A DNA stretch of 41,357 nt from Bacteroidia bacterium (GTDB taxonomy: Bacteria > Bacteroidota > Bacteroidia > UKL13-3), in assembly GCA_049243005.1 (NCBI GenBank), contig JBMLOK010000068.1, positions 1 through 41,357 on the forward strand. The letters run 5' to 3'. Position numbers and translations under genes: made by a program. The notes under the pieces are model-generated. The model was not told where the DNA came from. It searched no databases and saw only the letters and a list, made by a program, of their open reading frames with translations. Shown here piece after piece: positions 25,601-34,633 of the stretch; positions within the stretch are counted from its first letter, which is position 1, and each line of letters begins with the position of its first letter.

Positions 25601-27640
25601 ACCGGTGCCACCCGGATCAACATCATTTGCATTACCAATACTACAACCATTGAAATAATAAAAACTAGGTTTATTGTTTTCGGTTAAACTTCCAATTGAA
25701 CCAAAATCCATATCTAAAACTGTAAGTGAACCATGACCTAAAAATGTCATCATGTTTACACCATCATTTTGAATTTTGATTAATTTTTCTCTTATATCAT
25801 CCTGAGTTGGCTTGGTTACATTTTTATGGTAAGAAAACACATTGGCTCCTGTTGGTTTTTGAGATATAATTCCTTTTAAATAATTCACTCTGTTTGTAAA
25901 AGGAATTTGCTCAGACAGATAATCTTCACCTCCACTTAAATGAAGAAAGTTCTTTCTCCATTCGGCAATTGTATCAGGATTATTTTCCAAGGCTTGAATT
26001 TTTTCCAGGTAATTAAAAACATCCTGGTTAGTTTGTGCCGGAATTCTACCTGTTGGAATTGCGGGAACACCTAGATCGTTGTCAAAACCCGCAGTATATA
26101 GATTATCAGATGAAGGTTCACCAATTGCAGGAACTAAGTTTAATTTATAATTTTCGGGTGAGGTTCTAATTAAATTGTTTTGATAACCTCTTCCCAACAA
26201 TAATAAAAAAGCCGGATCTACAGCCTGCATTTCGAATAAATGTTTCGAAAACCTTTTGATACTTAAAGGGTGATGATGGCCATAAAAATAAGTATTTGCC
26301 AATTGATCGGCATACACCAATAATGTTTTATATCTGCTGTTTCTATAATCGCGATATGCAGCAGCAGCAGGCTCCAAAGCTTTATTTGAAACAATTAAAT
26401 ACTGGTAATTTTGATTTGGATTGGGGATAAAAAAATCTACTTTTTCCAAAGTACTAGGAACTTCAAAAGAATTGTTTTCACTAAGTATAAGTTCATCTGA
26501 ATTAAATGCCAAAGCTTTTAAAACCGAACCTTGTAGAGAGCAATTTATAATTTGTTTATTAAATCTATCTAAAATAAAAGCACCTGTTCCAATGAAATTT
26601 GTAAACTGAACAAGTTTTTTTGATAACCCGACTTTATTCAACTGAAAGGTTTTGAATGTTTGAGAAATAGATTGACCTGTATTGTAATCTATTTTTATGT
26701 AAGAAATACCGTTTAAATCTGAATTTACAGAAAGATCATTAATTACTTTAACCTTTACATATAAAACTGAATTCATAAAAATTGCAGGTATATCTTTTAG
26801 AATAAGTCTTTCACCATAACCTCTATAAGTTGTATCAGCAATTACAAAATTAGGATTAGGAGAATTTCCAATTAAAACCTGAACATGGTGATTTGGAGCA
26901 TCGGGATTATCAAGAAAAAAATCTGATGAACCAACTATTTTCATTTCAAGTTTACCATTCACTGCATTGGTAACATCAGGTAAATTAATTTGAACTTCTC
27001 TTGATTGGTTTAATCCAATTAAATAAGAAACCCAACCTTCAGCGCCGGCATAATCAGAAACATAATATTTTTCGCTGGCAGGTAAAAAAGCACCACGGTA
27101 GTATTCTTCTTGAAAGGTTATAATTTTACTTTCTTGATAATTTTGTTCTGGCAAAAAAGAACTAAAACTGGTATCAGAAGTTAAATTATATCTTAAAGGA
27201 ATTTGATTTGAAGTATCAGCATTGATGCACAGAAAATACCAAGCTGTATCAGTAAACAAACTTGAAAAGGATTGAGCTTGTTCTATACTTGAAGTATATA
27301 ATTCCTTATCCAATTCACCTGTATTTTTTTGGCCATAGAATAGAATAAAATCATTTGATTGAAATTTGCCATCTAGTTCACCTGAACAAAAGATTAATTG
27401 TTCCTTACCATTTTTATATAGACTTAGTTTTTGTGGATTTAAATTCTGAACATCTATTCCATTATTTACCAAAGTGAAGGAATCAATTTTATAAACTGCA
27501 TCCTTTACTACAGGAAATTTATAATAGGATTGATAAGGTTTAATCCATTCGAAACCATAAGTATTCTGTGCAAAAAGAAGTGAAGCAGAACTAAAATTTA
27601 AAATCAGAGTAATTATTACTCCAAGTTTAAATAGTTTCAT
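22613..27640 (-). CDS. C25-family cysteine peptidase, PorU-like T9SS sortase paralog
   Basis: Signal peptide ending LLFA|Q; C25 dyad motifs FLGHGS and FNGCSIG; LQGDPA; CARDB-like Ig repeats (DEIQYSNN, SEFNYNNN); C-terminal YPNPF...WDGTD...LANGVY. Start uncertain (ATG 27640 preferred; the track uses TTG 27679). Confidence 0.85.
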   Translation of the reverse strand: MKLFKLGVIITLILNFSSASLLFAQNTYGFEWIKPYQSYYKFPVVKDAVYKIDSFTLVNNGIDVQNLNPQKLSLYKNGKEQLIFCSGELDGKFQSNDFILFYGQKNTGELDKELYTSSIEQAQSFSSLFTDTAWYFLCINADTSNQIPLRYNLTSDTSFSSFLPEQNYQESKIITFQEEYYRGAFLPASEKYYVSDYAGAEGWVSYLIGLNQSREVQINLPDVTNAVNGKLEMKIVGSSDFFLDNPDAPNHHVQVLIGNSPNPNFVIADTTYRGYGERLILKDIPAIFMNSVLYVKVKVINDLSVNSDLNGISYIKIDYNTGQSISQTFKTFQLNKVGLSKKLVQFTNFIGTGAFILDRFNKQIINCSLQGSVLKALAFNSDELILSENNSFEVPSTLEKVDFFIPNPNQNYQYLIVSNKALEPAAAAYRDYRNSRYKTLLVYADQLANTYFYGHHHPLSIKRFSKHLFEMQAVDPAFLLLLGRGYQNNLIRTSPENYKLNLVPAIGEPSSDNLYTAGFDNDLGVPAIPTGRIPAQTNQDVFNYLEKIQALENNPDTIAEWRKNFLHLSGGEDYLSEQIPFTNRVNYLKGIISQKPTGANVFSYHKNVTKPTQDDIREKLIKIQNDGVNMMTFLGHGSLTVLDMDFGSIGSLTENNKPSFYYFNGCSIGNANDVDPGGTGLVYGKDYICAARKGAIGWLAHSNLTLTGYLYNQMDNFYLAMNGTNYGRPVGEILKTALIESTSSNDLYARSHALQLLLQGDPAFKLYSPSKPDFSLNSNAIFVNPTNATAQLDSFQLAIVVNNIAKAVSDSIEIKIKRVLPDNSLQDFPVFKVNSPYFRDTVYYWIKPISKTDAGLNKFFVDINPNKLVDEIQYSNNSIQFDFFLPGSGITLLYPYPYSIVNTDSIVCYAQNNNIFSDKIEYLFELDTSLTFNKSSSFFKESGPISQNGLASFQFKLNSIDTQVYFWRVKMNISEDKGGIWQIGSFTHIPNGTTGWRQSVYSQVKDVSDTRFVLFNDSLKSTEFTNNELTLGIENRRWDHRRMGVVIPYLLNALVGNCMAQGTVVLVFEPFQVDMPYELPNYPFNCSFIQANKTDRSFRYYTFNTNYVEGERELRRLVDSVPDGFFVAMFSRYSTNIHNWEQETRNMFSKIGSVKVGQVASRNTAWAVIGMKNGALGTASEDTVQNSELEGLTSLPPQSNEPQDEKYLRIKKSFLLKWFEGDFTSKAIGPAKQFGSLRLNLYDKDIVQSGRWWAEIIGVNLNGIDTILLKNIKSELTDLASIDATKYPFLKLKLHFVDSLNRTPHQIKSWQISYIEAPELVIDPSFSYEFKSDKLDKGDSIRIKIPVRNISASDVDSFLINWEVKNDSRIITHNSNTSLNYLAAKGYQVLEKSISTSAMEGNQQFKLNINSTKRISEFNYNNNIAIRDLSVKVDRLNPLLDVSFDGQRIINGDIVSPQPIIRISSTDANKFLLQEDTSTFNLYIRKPRAFEFDQIPMNSPEIKFIPANQNNNTATIEYKPSKFTDGLYTLKVQAKDASGNFAGNTEYQIDFSVINKSSITYFYPYPNPFTSSMRFVFTLTGSKIPDQLLVRIMSIDGRIVKEVRKEEFGNIRIGNNVSEWAWDGTDNFGDKLANGVYFYQVFSKIDNSEIEHRTAKSKDEDKFFIKNTGKIYLMR

Positions 27641-27821
27641 TTTCGCAAAAGTTTTAATTCTTATCATGGTTTTGTTCAACGAAAAACTCTTAAAATCAAC
27701 ATTAAAACAATTAAATTAAAACAAAATAAAAAATTGAATTAAATATTGATGATTTAAGTTTTACCCGATTTGCAATATATAAAAATGGATTTATGAAATG
27801 AGTTGAATAGGAATCTTTTAC

Positions 27822-27854
27822 AAAAAAAATGCCTCCGATTTTTCGGAGGCATTT
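27822..27854 (-). terminator. Intrinsic terminator after the dipeptidase gene
   Basis: AAATGCCTCCGA-TTTT-TCGGAGGCATTT hairpin; the A8 run at 27822-27829 gives a U-tract on the minus strand. Confidence 0.88.
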
Positions 27855-27895
27855 CACAGAATATAATTTAAAGCGAAAATGCTCTAATTACTTAA

Positions 27896-29281
27896 TTAAT
27901 TCGCTTTCATTTTAGCAAAGTTTTCGTAGAAATAAGGAATGGTTTCAATTCCTTTTAAGTAGTTAAATATGCCATAATGTTCATTTGGACTATGCAAAGC
28001 ATCACTATCCAAACCAAATCCGAACAAAACCGATTTCAAACCTAATTCTTTTTCAAACAATGCAACGATTGGAATACTACCACCACCTCTTGTAGGAATA
28101 GGTGTTTTACCAAAACTGGTTTCCATAGCTTTTTCTGCAGCAAGGTATGCAACTGAATCAATTGGTGTAACTACAGGTTCACCACCATGATGTGGACGAA
28201 CTTCAACTTTAACACCAGCAGGAGCAATGCCTTCGAAATGTTTCTTGAAAATTTCAGTGATGGTATGAGAATCTTGATTTGGAACTAATCTCATGCTTAT
28301 TTTAGCAAATGCTTTTGAAGGTAATACAGTTTTAGAACCTTCACCTGTATAACCACCCCAAATACCATTACAATCCAAAGTAGGTCTGATTCCGGTTCTT
28401 TCTAAAGTATTAAATCCTTTTTCACCCCAAACATCACCAATATTTAAATCTTTTTTATAGGCTTCTAAATCAAAAGGAGCTTTGTTTAAAGCAATTCTTT
28501 CATCAGCAGTTAATTCAAGAACATTGTCATAAAAACCAGGGATGGTAATATGGTTATTTTCATCATGCATACTTGCAATCATTTTTGCAAGAATATTGAT
28601 TGGATTAGCAACTGCACCGCCATAAACACCACTATGTAAATCACGGTTAGGACCAGTTACTTCAACTTCAACATAACTCAAACCACGTAATCCACTGTCA
28701 ATACTTGGAATATCGTTGGCAATCATTGAAGTATCTGAAATCAAAACAACATCAGCCTTTAACATTTCTTTATTTTTGATACAGAAAGGACCTAAATTAG
28801 GAGAACCAACTTCTTCCTCACCTTCAATCATAAACTTCACATTACAAGCAAGCTTATTGTTTTTCATCATGTATTCGAAAGCCTTTACATGCATATAAAC
28901 CTGGCCTTTATCGTCGCAAGAACCACGAGCAAAAATGGCACCATCAGGATGGATTTCTGTTTTACGGATAGTAGGTTCAAAAGGCGGAGTTTCCCATAAT
29001 TCCAAAGGAACTGCAGGTTGTACATCATAATGACCATAAACTAAAACAGTAGGTAAAGAAGGATCAAAAATCTTTTCTCCATAAACAATAGGATGACCTT
29101 CTGTAGGAAACAACTCGACTTTATCGGCACCTGCTTCAATTAATTTAGCTTTAATAAACTCGGCAGCCTTTACAACATCCTCATTGTAAGCACCATCAGC
29201 ACTAATTGAAGGAATGCGTAATAAATCAAACAATTCGTCTAAAAAACGTTGACGATTATTGTCAATGTACTCTTTAATCAT
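27896..29281 (-). CDS. M20-family metallodipeptidase (ArgE/DapE/CNDP-like)
   Basis: YGHYDVQP, RGSCDDKGQ, IEGEEE, DLHSG, GGSIP, HSPNE. Confidence 0.95.
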   Translation of the reverse strand: MIKEYIDNNRQRFLDELFDLLRIPSISADGAYNEDVVKAAEFIKAKLIEAGADKVELFPTEGHPIVYGEKIFDPSLPTVLVYGHYDVQPAVPLELWETPPFEPTIRKTEIHPDGAIFARGSCDDKGQVYMHVKAFEYMMKNNKLACNVKFMIEGEEEVGSPNLGPFCIKNKEMLKADVVLISDTSMIANDIPSIDSGLRGLSYVEVEVTGPNRDLHSGVYGGAVANPINILAKMIASMHDENNHITIPGFYDNVLELTADERIALNKAPFDLEAYKKDLNIGDVWGEKGFNTLERTGIRPTLDCNGIWGGYTGEGSKTVLPSKAFAKISMRLVPNQDSHTITEIFKKHFEGIAPAGVKVEVRPHHGGEPVVTPIDSVAYLAAEKAMETSFGKTPIPTRGGGSIPIVALFEKELGLKSVLFGFGLDSDALHSPNEHYGIFNYLKGIETIPYFYENFAKMKAN

Positions 29282-29299
29282 GGGTTTCTAAATAATCAG

Positions 29300-29340
29300 T
29301 AAAAGTAGCCAAAAATAGTCCTACTACAAATTCAAATCAA
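29300..29340 (-). promoter_or_regulatory. Putative promoter of the dipeptidase gene
   Basis: Two candidates on the minus strand: TATTTTTG (29310-29317), and TACTTTTA (29300-29307) with TTTG 19 nt upstream. Confidence 0.45.
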
Positions 29341-29366
29341 CCAATTATCAATTTTTATTCACCGCC

Positions 29367-29398
29367 CTTGTGTCCATAAAAATATATACCTATATTTG
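29367..29398 (+). promoter_or_regulatory. Bacteroidota -33/-7 promoter
   Basis: CTTG (29367-29370), 20-nt spacer, TATATTTG (29391-29398), an exact TAnnTTTG match. Confidence 0.6.
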
Positions 29399-29459
29399 AT
29401 TGTAGATAAGTAACTGAAAACCATATTTTACAATGGGATTAAGAATTTAAATTCGAAAA

Positions 29460-29651
29460 GTGGAATTATTCAAAAAATATCAACATTACGGATACAAAGG
29501 ATATGTCATTTACATCCTGTATATGATAGTATTACCTCCTGCTTCTCTATTTTTCTTTATCAGCTCTATGTTCAACCCAAATCCTGAGATTGATTTTACA
29601 GAAATAAACCAAATAGGAAATATCCCTATTGAAAGGATGTTGAAATCTTAA
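29460..29651 (+). CDS. Hypothetical small membrane protein (63 aa)
   Basis: Fills the intergenic gap downstream of a consensus promoter. One hydrophobic stretch, VIYILYMIVLPPASLFFFISSMF. GTG start; no recognisable family. Confidence 0.5.
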   Translation: MELFKKYQHYGYKGYVIYILYMIVLPPASLFFFISSMFNPNPEIDFTEINQIGNIPIERMLKS

Positions 29652-29687
29652 AGCGAATAACCCAATCAACGAGGTTATTTTCGCAAT

Positions 29688-31970
29688 GTGGATTATCTTC
29701 AAACATTAAATGAAGCTCAAAGAGCTGCAGTTGAACAAATAGACGGACCTGTTATGATTGTGGCCGGCGCAGGTTCCGGAAAAACCCGTGTACTTACTTA
29801 TCGCATCGTACATATGCTTAGGCATGATGTCGATCCTTTTCAAATATTATCATTAACATTTACGAATAAAGCTGCAAAAGAAATGCGTCACCGTGTTCAA
29901 GTTGCAGTTGGTACCGAAGCAAAAAATATCTGGATGGGTACTTTTCATAGTATTTTCTCCAGAATATTAAGATCAGAAGCAGACAAAATTGGTTACCCAA
30001 GAAATTTTACAATCTATGATAGTGATGACAGCAAAAGTTTGTTGAAAACCATTGTCAACGAAATGAAACTTGATGATAAACTTTACAAACCAGCGGGTTT
30101 ATTAGGTAGAATTTCATCAGCAAAAAACTCTTTGATAACAGCTGAGGAATATTTAATGAATGATGAATTGGCTGAAAATGACAATTCAAGTGGACGACCA
30201 AAATTCGGAGTCATCTTTAAAACTTATCAAGACCGTTGTTTTAGAGCAGGAGCAATGGATTTCGATGATCTATTGGTAAATACATACAAACTATTTGCGA
30301 ATCATTTAGACACCTTAAATAAGTACCAACATTTGTTTAGGTATATCATGGTTGATGAGTTTCAGGATACAAACCATGCTCAGTACATGATTATTAAAAA
30401 ACTATCTGCAGTACATCAAAATATTGCAGTTGTTGGTGATGATGCCCAAAGTATTTATGCATTTAGAGGTGCGAATATCAAAAACATTCTGGGCTTTCAA
30501 AGAGATTTCCCTGATGTTAAAACATTCAAACTTGAACAAAATTATAGAAGCACTCAAAACATTGTAAACGCAGCTTCAAGTGTTATCGAAAAAAACAGGG
30601 ACCAGATAAAAAAGAATGTTTGGACAGATAACGAAAATGGCGAAAAAATCAGGGTAATGAAAGCTCTAACTGATAATGAAGAAGGCAAGTTGGTTGCATC
30701 TTCAATTTTTCAGGAAAAGATGAACAGCCATGTAATGAACAATGATTTTGCCATTCTTTATAGAACCAATGCGCAAAGCCGTTCAATGGAGGAAGCCTTG
30801 AGAAAAAGTAATATTCCTTACAAAATCTATGGAGGAATGTCGTTCTACCAAAGAAAAGAAATCAAGGATTTATTAGCCTATTTTAGAGTTGTACTTAATC
30901 CAAAAGATGAAGAAGCTTTAAAAAGAATTATCAATTATCCAGTAAGAGGAATTGGTAAAACAACCATGGAAAAAATTACCATCATTGCCGACCATAATAA
31001 AGTTAGCTTATGGGAAGTAATTGAGAATATTGGTCAGTTTGGATTAAAAGGCGGAGGTGTTATAGAAGATTTTGTTACCATGATTAAGAGTTTTCAGGTA
31101 CAAATGGACAAGAACGCTTATGATGTTGCCATGCATATTGCTAAACAAAGTGGTGTTTTAAAGAATTTGTACGAAGACAAAACTGTTGAAGGTATTGCCA
31201 GGTATGAAAATATTGAAGAATTACTTAGTGGTATAAAAGAATTTAGTGTTGAAGAAACTGCAGATGAAGATGGTGTTTTACAACCTAATAAACTGGCTGA
31301 TTTTATGTCGAATGTTGCCTTACTTACTAATGACGATAACGATAAAAATTTAGATAAAGATCATGTGAGTTTAATGACCATTCACTCAGCTAAAGGATTG
31401 GAGTTTAAATACGTTTATGTGGTTGGTTTGGAAGAAAATTTATTCCCTTCACAATTATCATTAAACAGCAGACAAGAACTTGAGGAAGAAAGAAGGTTAT
31501 TTTATGTAGCACTTACCAGAGCTATGAAAAGACTTACACTAAGTTTTGCAACAAGCAGATTTAAATTTGGTTCGATAATAAATGCTGAACCAAGCAGATT
31601 TCTTCAGGAAATAGACCCTCAGTTTTTAAGTTTTGAAAGTTTGTTTAACTCTAAAGGAACTTTTAAAGAAAATAAAATCTCTGATTCTCCTGGCAGGTCA
31701 GTAAGTGGATTACAAAAGAAAGTTCTAAATCCTGTTAAAACCAGCTTTTCAAAAACAGCAGCAGCTTCTCCTCCACCCGACCCTAATTTTGTTGGAGATG
31801 ATACAAGTAATTTACAAACTGGAATGAATGTAGAACATCAACGATTTGGAAAAGGAATTGTGTTAAGTGTTGAAGGTGCCGGTGACAATAAAAAAGCCAA
31901 TATTGATTTTGAAGGAAACGGAAAAAAAATGCTGGTTTTAAAATTCGCTAAGCTTAAAATTCTAGCTTAA
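29688..31970 (+). CDS. pcrA: UvrD/PcrA ATP-dependent DNA helicase
   Basis: AGAGSGKT, TFTNKAA, VDEFQD, VGDDAQSIYAFRGA, TIHSAKGLEF, EERRLFYVALTRA, C-terminal Tudor-like HQRFGKG. Confidence 0.97.
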   Translation: MDYLQTLNEAQRAAVEQIDGPVMIVAGAGSGKTRVLTYRIVHMLRHDVDPFQILSLTFTNKAAKEMRHRVQVAVGTEAKNIWMGTFHSIFSRILRSEADKIGYPRNFTIYDSDDSKSLLKTIVNEMKLDDKLYKPAGLLGRISSAKNSLITAEEYLMNDELAENDNSSGRPKFGVIFKTYQDRCFRAGAMDFDDLLVNTYKLFANHLDTLNKYQHLFRYIMVDEFQDTNHAQYMIIKKLSAVHQNIAVVGDDAQSIYAFRGANIKNILGFQRDFPDVKTFKLEQNYRSTQNIVNAASSVIEKNRDQIKKNVWTDNENGEKIRVMKALTDNEEGKLVASSIFQEKMNSHVMNNDFAILYRTNAQSRSMEEALRKSNIPYKIYGGMSFYQRKEIKDLLAYFRVVLNPKDEEALKRIINYPVRGIGKTTMEKITIIADHNKVSLWEVIENIGQFGLKGGGVIEDFVTMIKSFQVQMDKNAYDVAMHIAKQSGVLKNLYEDKTVEGIARYENIEELLSGIKEFSVEETADEDGVLQPNKLADFMSNVALLTNDDNDKNLDKDHVSLMTIHSAKGLEFKYVYVVGLEENLFPSQLSLNSRQELEEERRLFYVALTRAMKRLTLSFATSRFKFGSIINAEPSRFLQEIDPQFLSFESLFNSKGTFKENKISDSPGRSVSGLQKKVLNPVKTSFSKTAAASPPPDPNFVGDDTSNLQTGMNVEHQRFGKGIVLSVEGAGDNKKANIDFEGNGKKMLVLKFAKLKILA

Positions 31971-32917
31971 TTGTTTTTAACAAATCCGAAATCCTGAACG
32001 ATAGGTTTATTTGTTAAAACACCTGTTTTTAAACAAGTTGCAATAAAAATTGATTCCTCTTTAGACAAGTTTGCATTTATCGTAAATTTACCTCCAATTA
32101 CTTCAGACTGAACAATTGGCGCAGATAAAACAAGGTTATCGAATTTGATGATTAAACCCTTTAGAATATTCTTATGAGTAAGTTTAGCAAATCTGTTTTT
32201 AAATGGTGCCTTCAGGGTGATTATAATTTCATATCCATCAGAAACTTCGGATAGTTTTACACGTATGTCTTCAAACATGTGCGGAAGAATACTTAAATCT
32301 TCTTTTTCATCGATTTTTTGAACATATACAGGACAAGTGGTTTCATTGAGCAATTTACCAAATTGAATTCTGGCTCCAAATGGCATTAAAGCTTTTGCCT
32401 CAGGCGCATTAAACAAATGCAAAAGTCTACTTGTGTCTTTTACCATCATATAACCAATTGTAGGACCAGAAACTAAATTGCCTTCTCCATCTGAGCTTGG
32501 CATCATTAAAGAGAATAAAGGATTGTTCCTTACAAAATCCATTGAATCATTTTTCAAATAATCGGGTAATTGATTTGAAACCACCAAATTTCTATTGATT
32601 TTTTCAAGAATTGGATAGAATTCCTTTACATCATAAGATTCTGTAATATCAAAATCACCTTTGGTTTGTATAGTCTGATATATTAAACCAGAATCCTGAA
32701 ATGAATTTAGTTTAAAATAAAATATCGAATTGGGCAATTCTGAAATTTGAGGAGTTTCTCCGGATAATTCAAAAATTCTATCTTTTAAAATCCTGATATC
32801 ATTTTGATTATTTGTTCCTAATAATTGTATTTTAAACTCTAAGTGATTTTGATGAGAATTACATGATATCAATCCCAAAACAATCAATAAAAAGCTAAAT
32901 AGTTTTATAACTTTCAT
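31967..32917 (-). CDS. Lipoprotein resembling the SecD periplasmic P1/head domain
   Basis: Lipobox LISC at residue 19. FAKLTHKN...IKFDNLVLSAPIVQSEVIGGKFTINANLSKEES...LKTGVL matches the SecD P1-head pattern. No downstream TM helices. Confidence 0.72.
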   Translation of the reverse strand: MKVIKLFSFLLIVLGLISCNSHQNHLEFKIQLLGTNNQNDIRILKDRIFELSGETPQISELPNSIFYFKLNSFQDSGLIYQTIQTKGDFDITESYDVKEFYPILEKINRNLVVSNQLPDYLKNDSMDFVRNNPLFSLMMPSSDGEGNLVSGPTIGYMMVKDTSRLLHLFNAPEAKALMPFGARIQFGKLLNETTCPVYVQKIDEKEDLSILPHMFEDIRVKLSEVSDGYEIIITLKAPFKNRFAKLTHKNILKGLIIKFDNLVLSAPIVQSEVIGGKFTINANLSKEESIFIATCLKTGVLTNKPIVQDFGFVKNN

Positions 32918-32920
32918 AGA

Positions 32921-33988
32921 CTAATGGAATAAAATAGCTTCACCCAAAGCAGGTAATAAAATACCATTATCATTTATTTGCAAATCTTTTAGTATCTGAC
33001 GAGGTTCCAACATAGGTTCATCACTTAAGTCAAAAGTTCCATAATGCATTGGTATCATTTTATTGGCACCCATTTCTTTGAAAGCTTTATAAGCATTTTG
33101 AGGTGAAATATGATTTGATGACATAAACCATTCAGGCTTGTAGGCACCAACACCAATTATGCAGAAATCAACTTTTGAGAAAAGATCACCAACTTCTTTA
33201 AGGTGTAAATCATAACCGGTATCTCCACTAAAATAAATATTAGATTTATCAGACTGTAACATAAATCCACCCCATAATCTAGTATTGGTATCAAACAAAC
33301 CTCTTTTACTCCAATGACGAGAAGGCATGAAATGAAGACTAATTCCAGCCTCATTCAACTTAGCTTGAGAATACGTTTGGTACCAGGCAGCTTCCTGAAT
33401 TTGAATATCATTACCTAACCAAGATTTTAAAAGAGGTGCCATGTTTAATCCTGTAAGAATTATCATTTTGGGATTATTCTTCTTTAAAGATTTCAAACTG
33501 GATTTATCACAATGATCGCGGTGGTCGTGAGATATTAGAACAAAATCAATATCCTTTAAATCATTGATTGCAAAAGGTAAATCAGAACGGCGTTTAACAG
33601 GACCTGCATTACCTAAAACCGGATCGATTAAAATTGAAACACCATTAATTCTGATGAAAAAACAAGCATGTCCAAGCCAAATCATTCCATCATTTTTAGA
33701 ATAAAAAAAACTAGTATCCGGTTTTAATTCCAGACCTGAATTTCCCTTAGTTTTTAATGCTTTTTGAGGATTGGTTTCGCGTTGCCATTTCCATAGGTCG
33801 GCAGTTTTAGGTTCAAAAGGATTGTATTGATTAACAAACCTATTTTTTGAATCTTTGATATTGCCCGAAACATTAGATTTTACAAAGGGTAAATCCGGAT
33901 TAAGATGAGGCTGGGAGTTTTGTGCCATACTGGATTGAAACATAAAAAAAGCCATCAAAACTGATAGCCAGGTATTAAAGTTTTTCAA
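32921..33988 (-). CDS. Secreted MBL-fold metallo-hydrolase (NAPE-PLD/RomA-like)
   Basis: WLGHAC, SHDHRDH (HxHxDH), HWSKRG, FSGDTGY, GAYKP, PMHYGTF. Signal peptide ending SMA|Q. Confidence 0.9.
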   Translation of the reverse strand: MKNFNTWLSVLMAFFMFQSSMAQNSQPHLNPDLPFVKSNVSGNIKDSKNRFVNQYNPFEPKTADLWKWQRETNPQKALKTKGNSGLELKPDTSFFYSKNDGMIWLGHACFFIRINGVSILIDPVLGNAGPVKRRSDLPFAINDLKDIDFVLISHDHRDHCDKSSLKSLKKNNPKMIILTGLNMAPLLKSWLGNDIQIQEAAWYQTYSQAKLNEAGISLHFMPSRHWSKRGLFDTNTRLWGGFMLQSDKSNIYFSGDTGYDLHLKEVGDLFSKVDFCIIGVGAYKPEWFMSSNHISPQNAYKAFKEMGANKMIPMHYGTFDLSDEPMLEPRQILKDLQINDNGILLPALGEAILFH

Positions 33989-34562
33989 GAATTTGGTGAT
34001 GGATTTTGAGAACTTGTGTAATTAACAATTCATTACCATCATTATTGATGATATAATTTGAATAAGGTACTTTATCTTCTTCAGACATTTGGTTATTAAT
34101 TCTAGCTTCAACACTCGATCTATCAACGCCATCTCTACTCATTGTTCTTTGAATACGAGTTTCTATAGGGCATTTAACTAAAATCAATTCATCAAGCTCA
34201 AGGTAAGATTTACTTTCTATTAAAAGCGCTGCTTCTTTTAAAATATAATCTGAATTTTGATTGTTTGACCATTTTTTAAAATCTTGAGCAACCGCTGGAT
34301 GCACAGCAGAATTTAGTTCATTTAACTTCGACTTATTGACGAAAGCAATGTCTGAAATATGTTTTCTATTGAGAGAATTGTCATTGAAATAGGCCTCATT
34401 ACCAAAAATTTGTTTGATTTGGATAATCAGGTCAGCATCATTTGTCATGAGCCATTTAGCTCTTGAATCGGCATCATAAATCGGAATTCCTAAAACATGA
34501 AATATTTTAGAAACAGTAGATTTTCCGCTACCGATATTACCAGTTATGCCAATTTTTCTCAA
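33975..34562 (-). CDS. coaE: Dephospho-CoA kinase
   Basis: IGITGNIGSGKSTV, YDADSRAK, LNSAVHPAV, EAALLIE, RDG, NQM, IINND. Confidence 0.97.
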   Translation of the reverse strand: MRKIGITGNIGSGKSTVSKIFHVLGIPIYDADSRAKWLMTNDADLIIQIKQIFGNEAYFNDNSLNRKHISDIAFVNKSKLNELNSAVHPAVAQDFKKWSNNQNSDYILKEAALLIESKSYLELDELILVKCPIETRIQRTMSRDGVDRSSVEARINNQMSEEDKVPYSNYIINNDGNELLITQVLKIHHQILEKL

Positions 34563-34573
34563 AAGAATGAAAT

Positions 34574-34621
34574 AAAAAAGCTTATGAAATCACAAGAAAA
34601 CCTTGTAATTCATAAGCTTTT
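34574..34621 (-). terminator. Terminator-like hairpin between yajC and coaE
   Basis: AAAAGCTTATGAA (34576-34588) pairs with TTCATAAGCTTTT (34609-34621), with an inner ACAAG/CTTGT pair and a U-run on the minus strand. Confidence 0.65.
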
Positions 34622-34633
34622 ATAAGTTAATTA

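Noticed and set aside
12502-33354. Short overlapping ORFs (12502, 14364, 14582, 18118, 18183, 19233, 21120, 21226, 23823, 24086, 25072, 26421, 28716, 33157)
   Set aside because: All lie antisense to, or out of frame within, long conserved genes and show no motifs.
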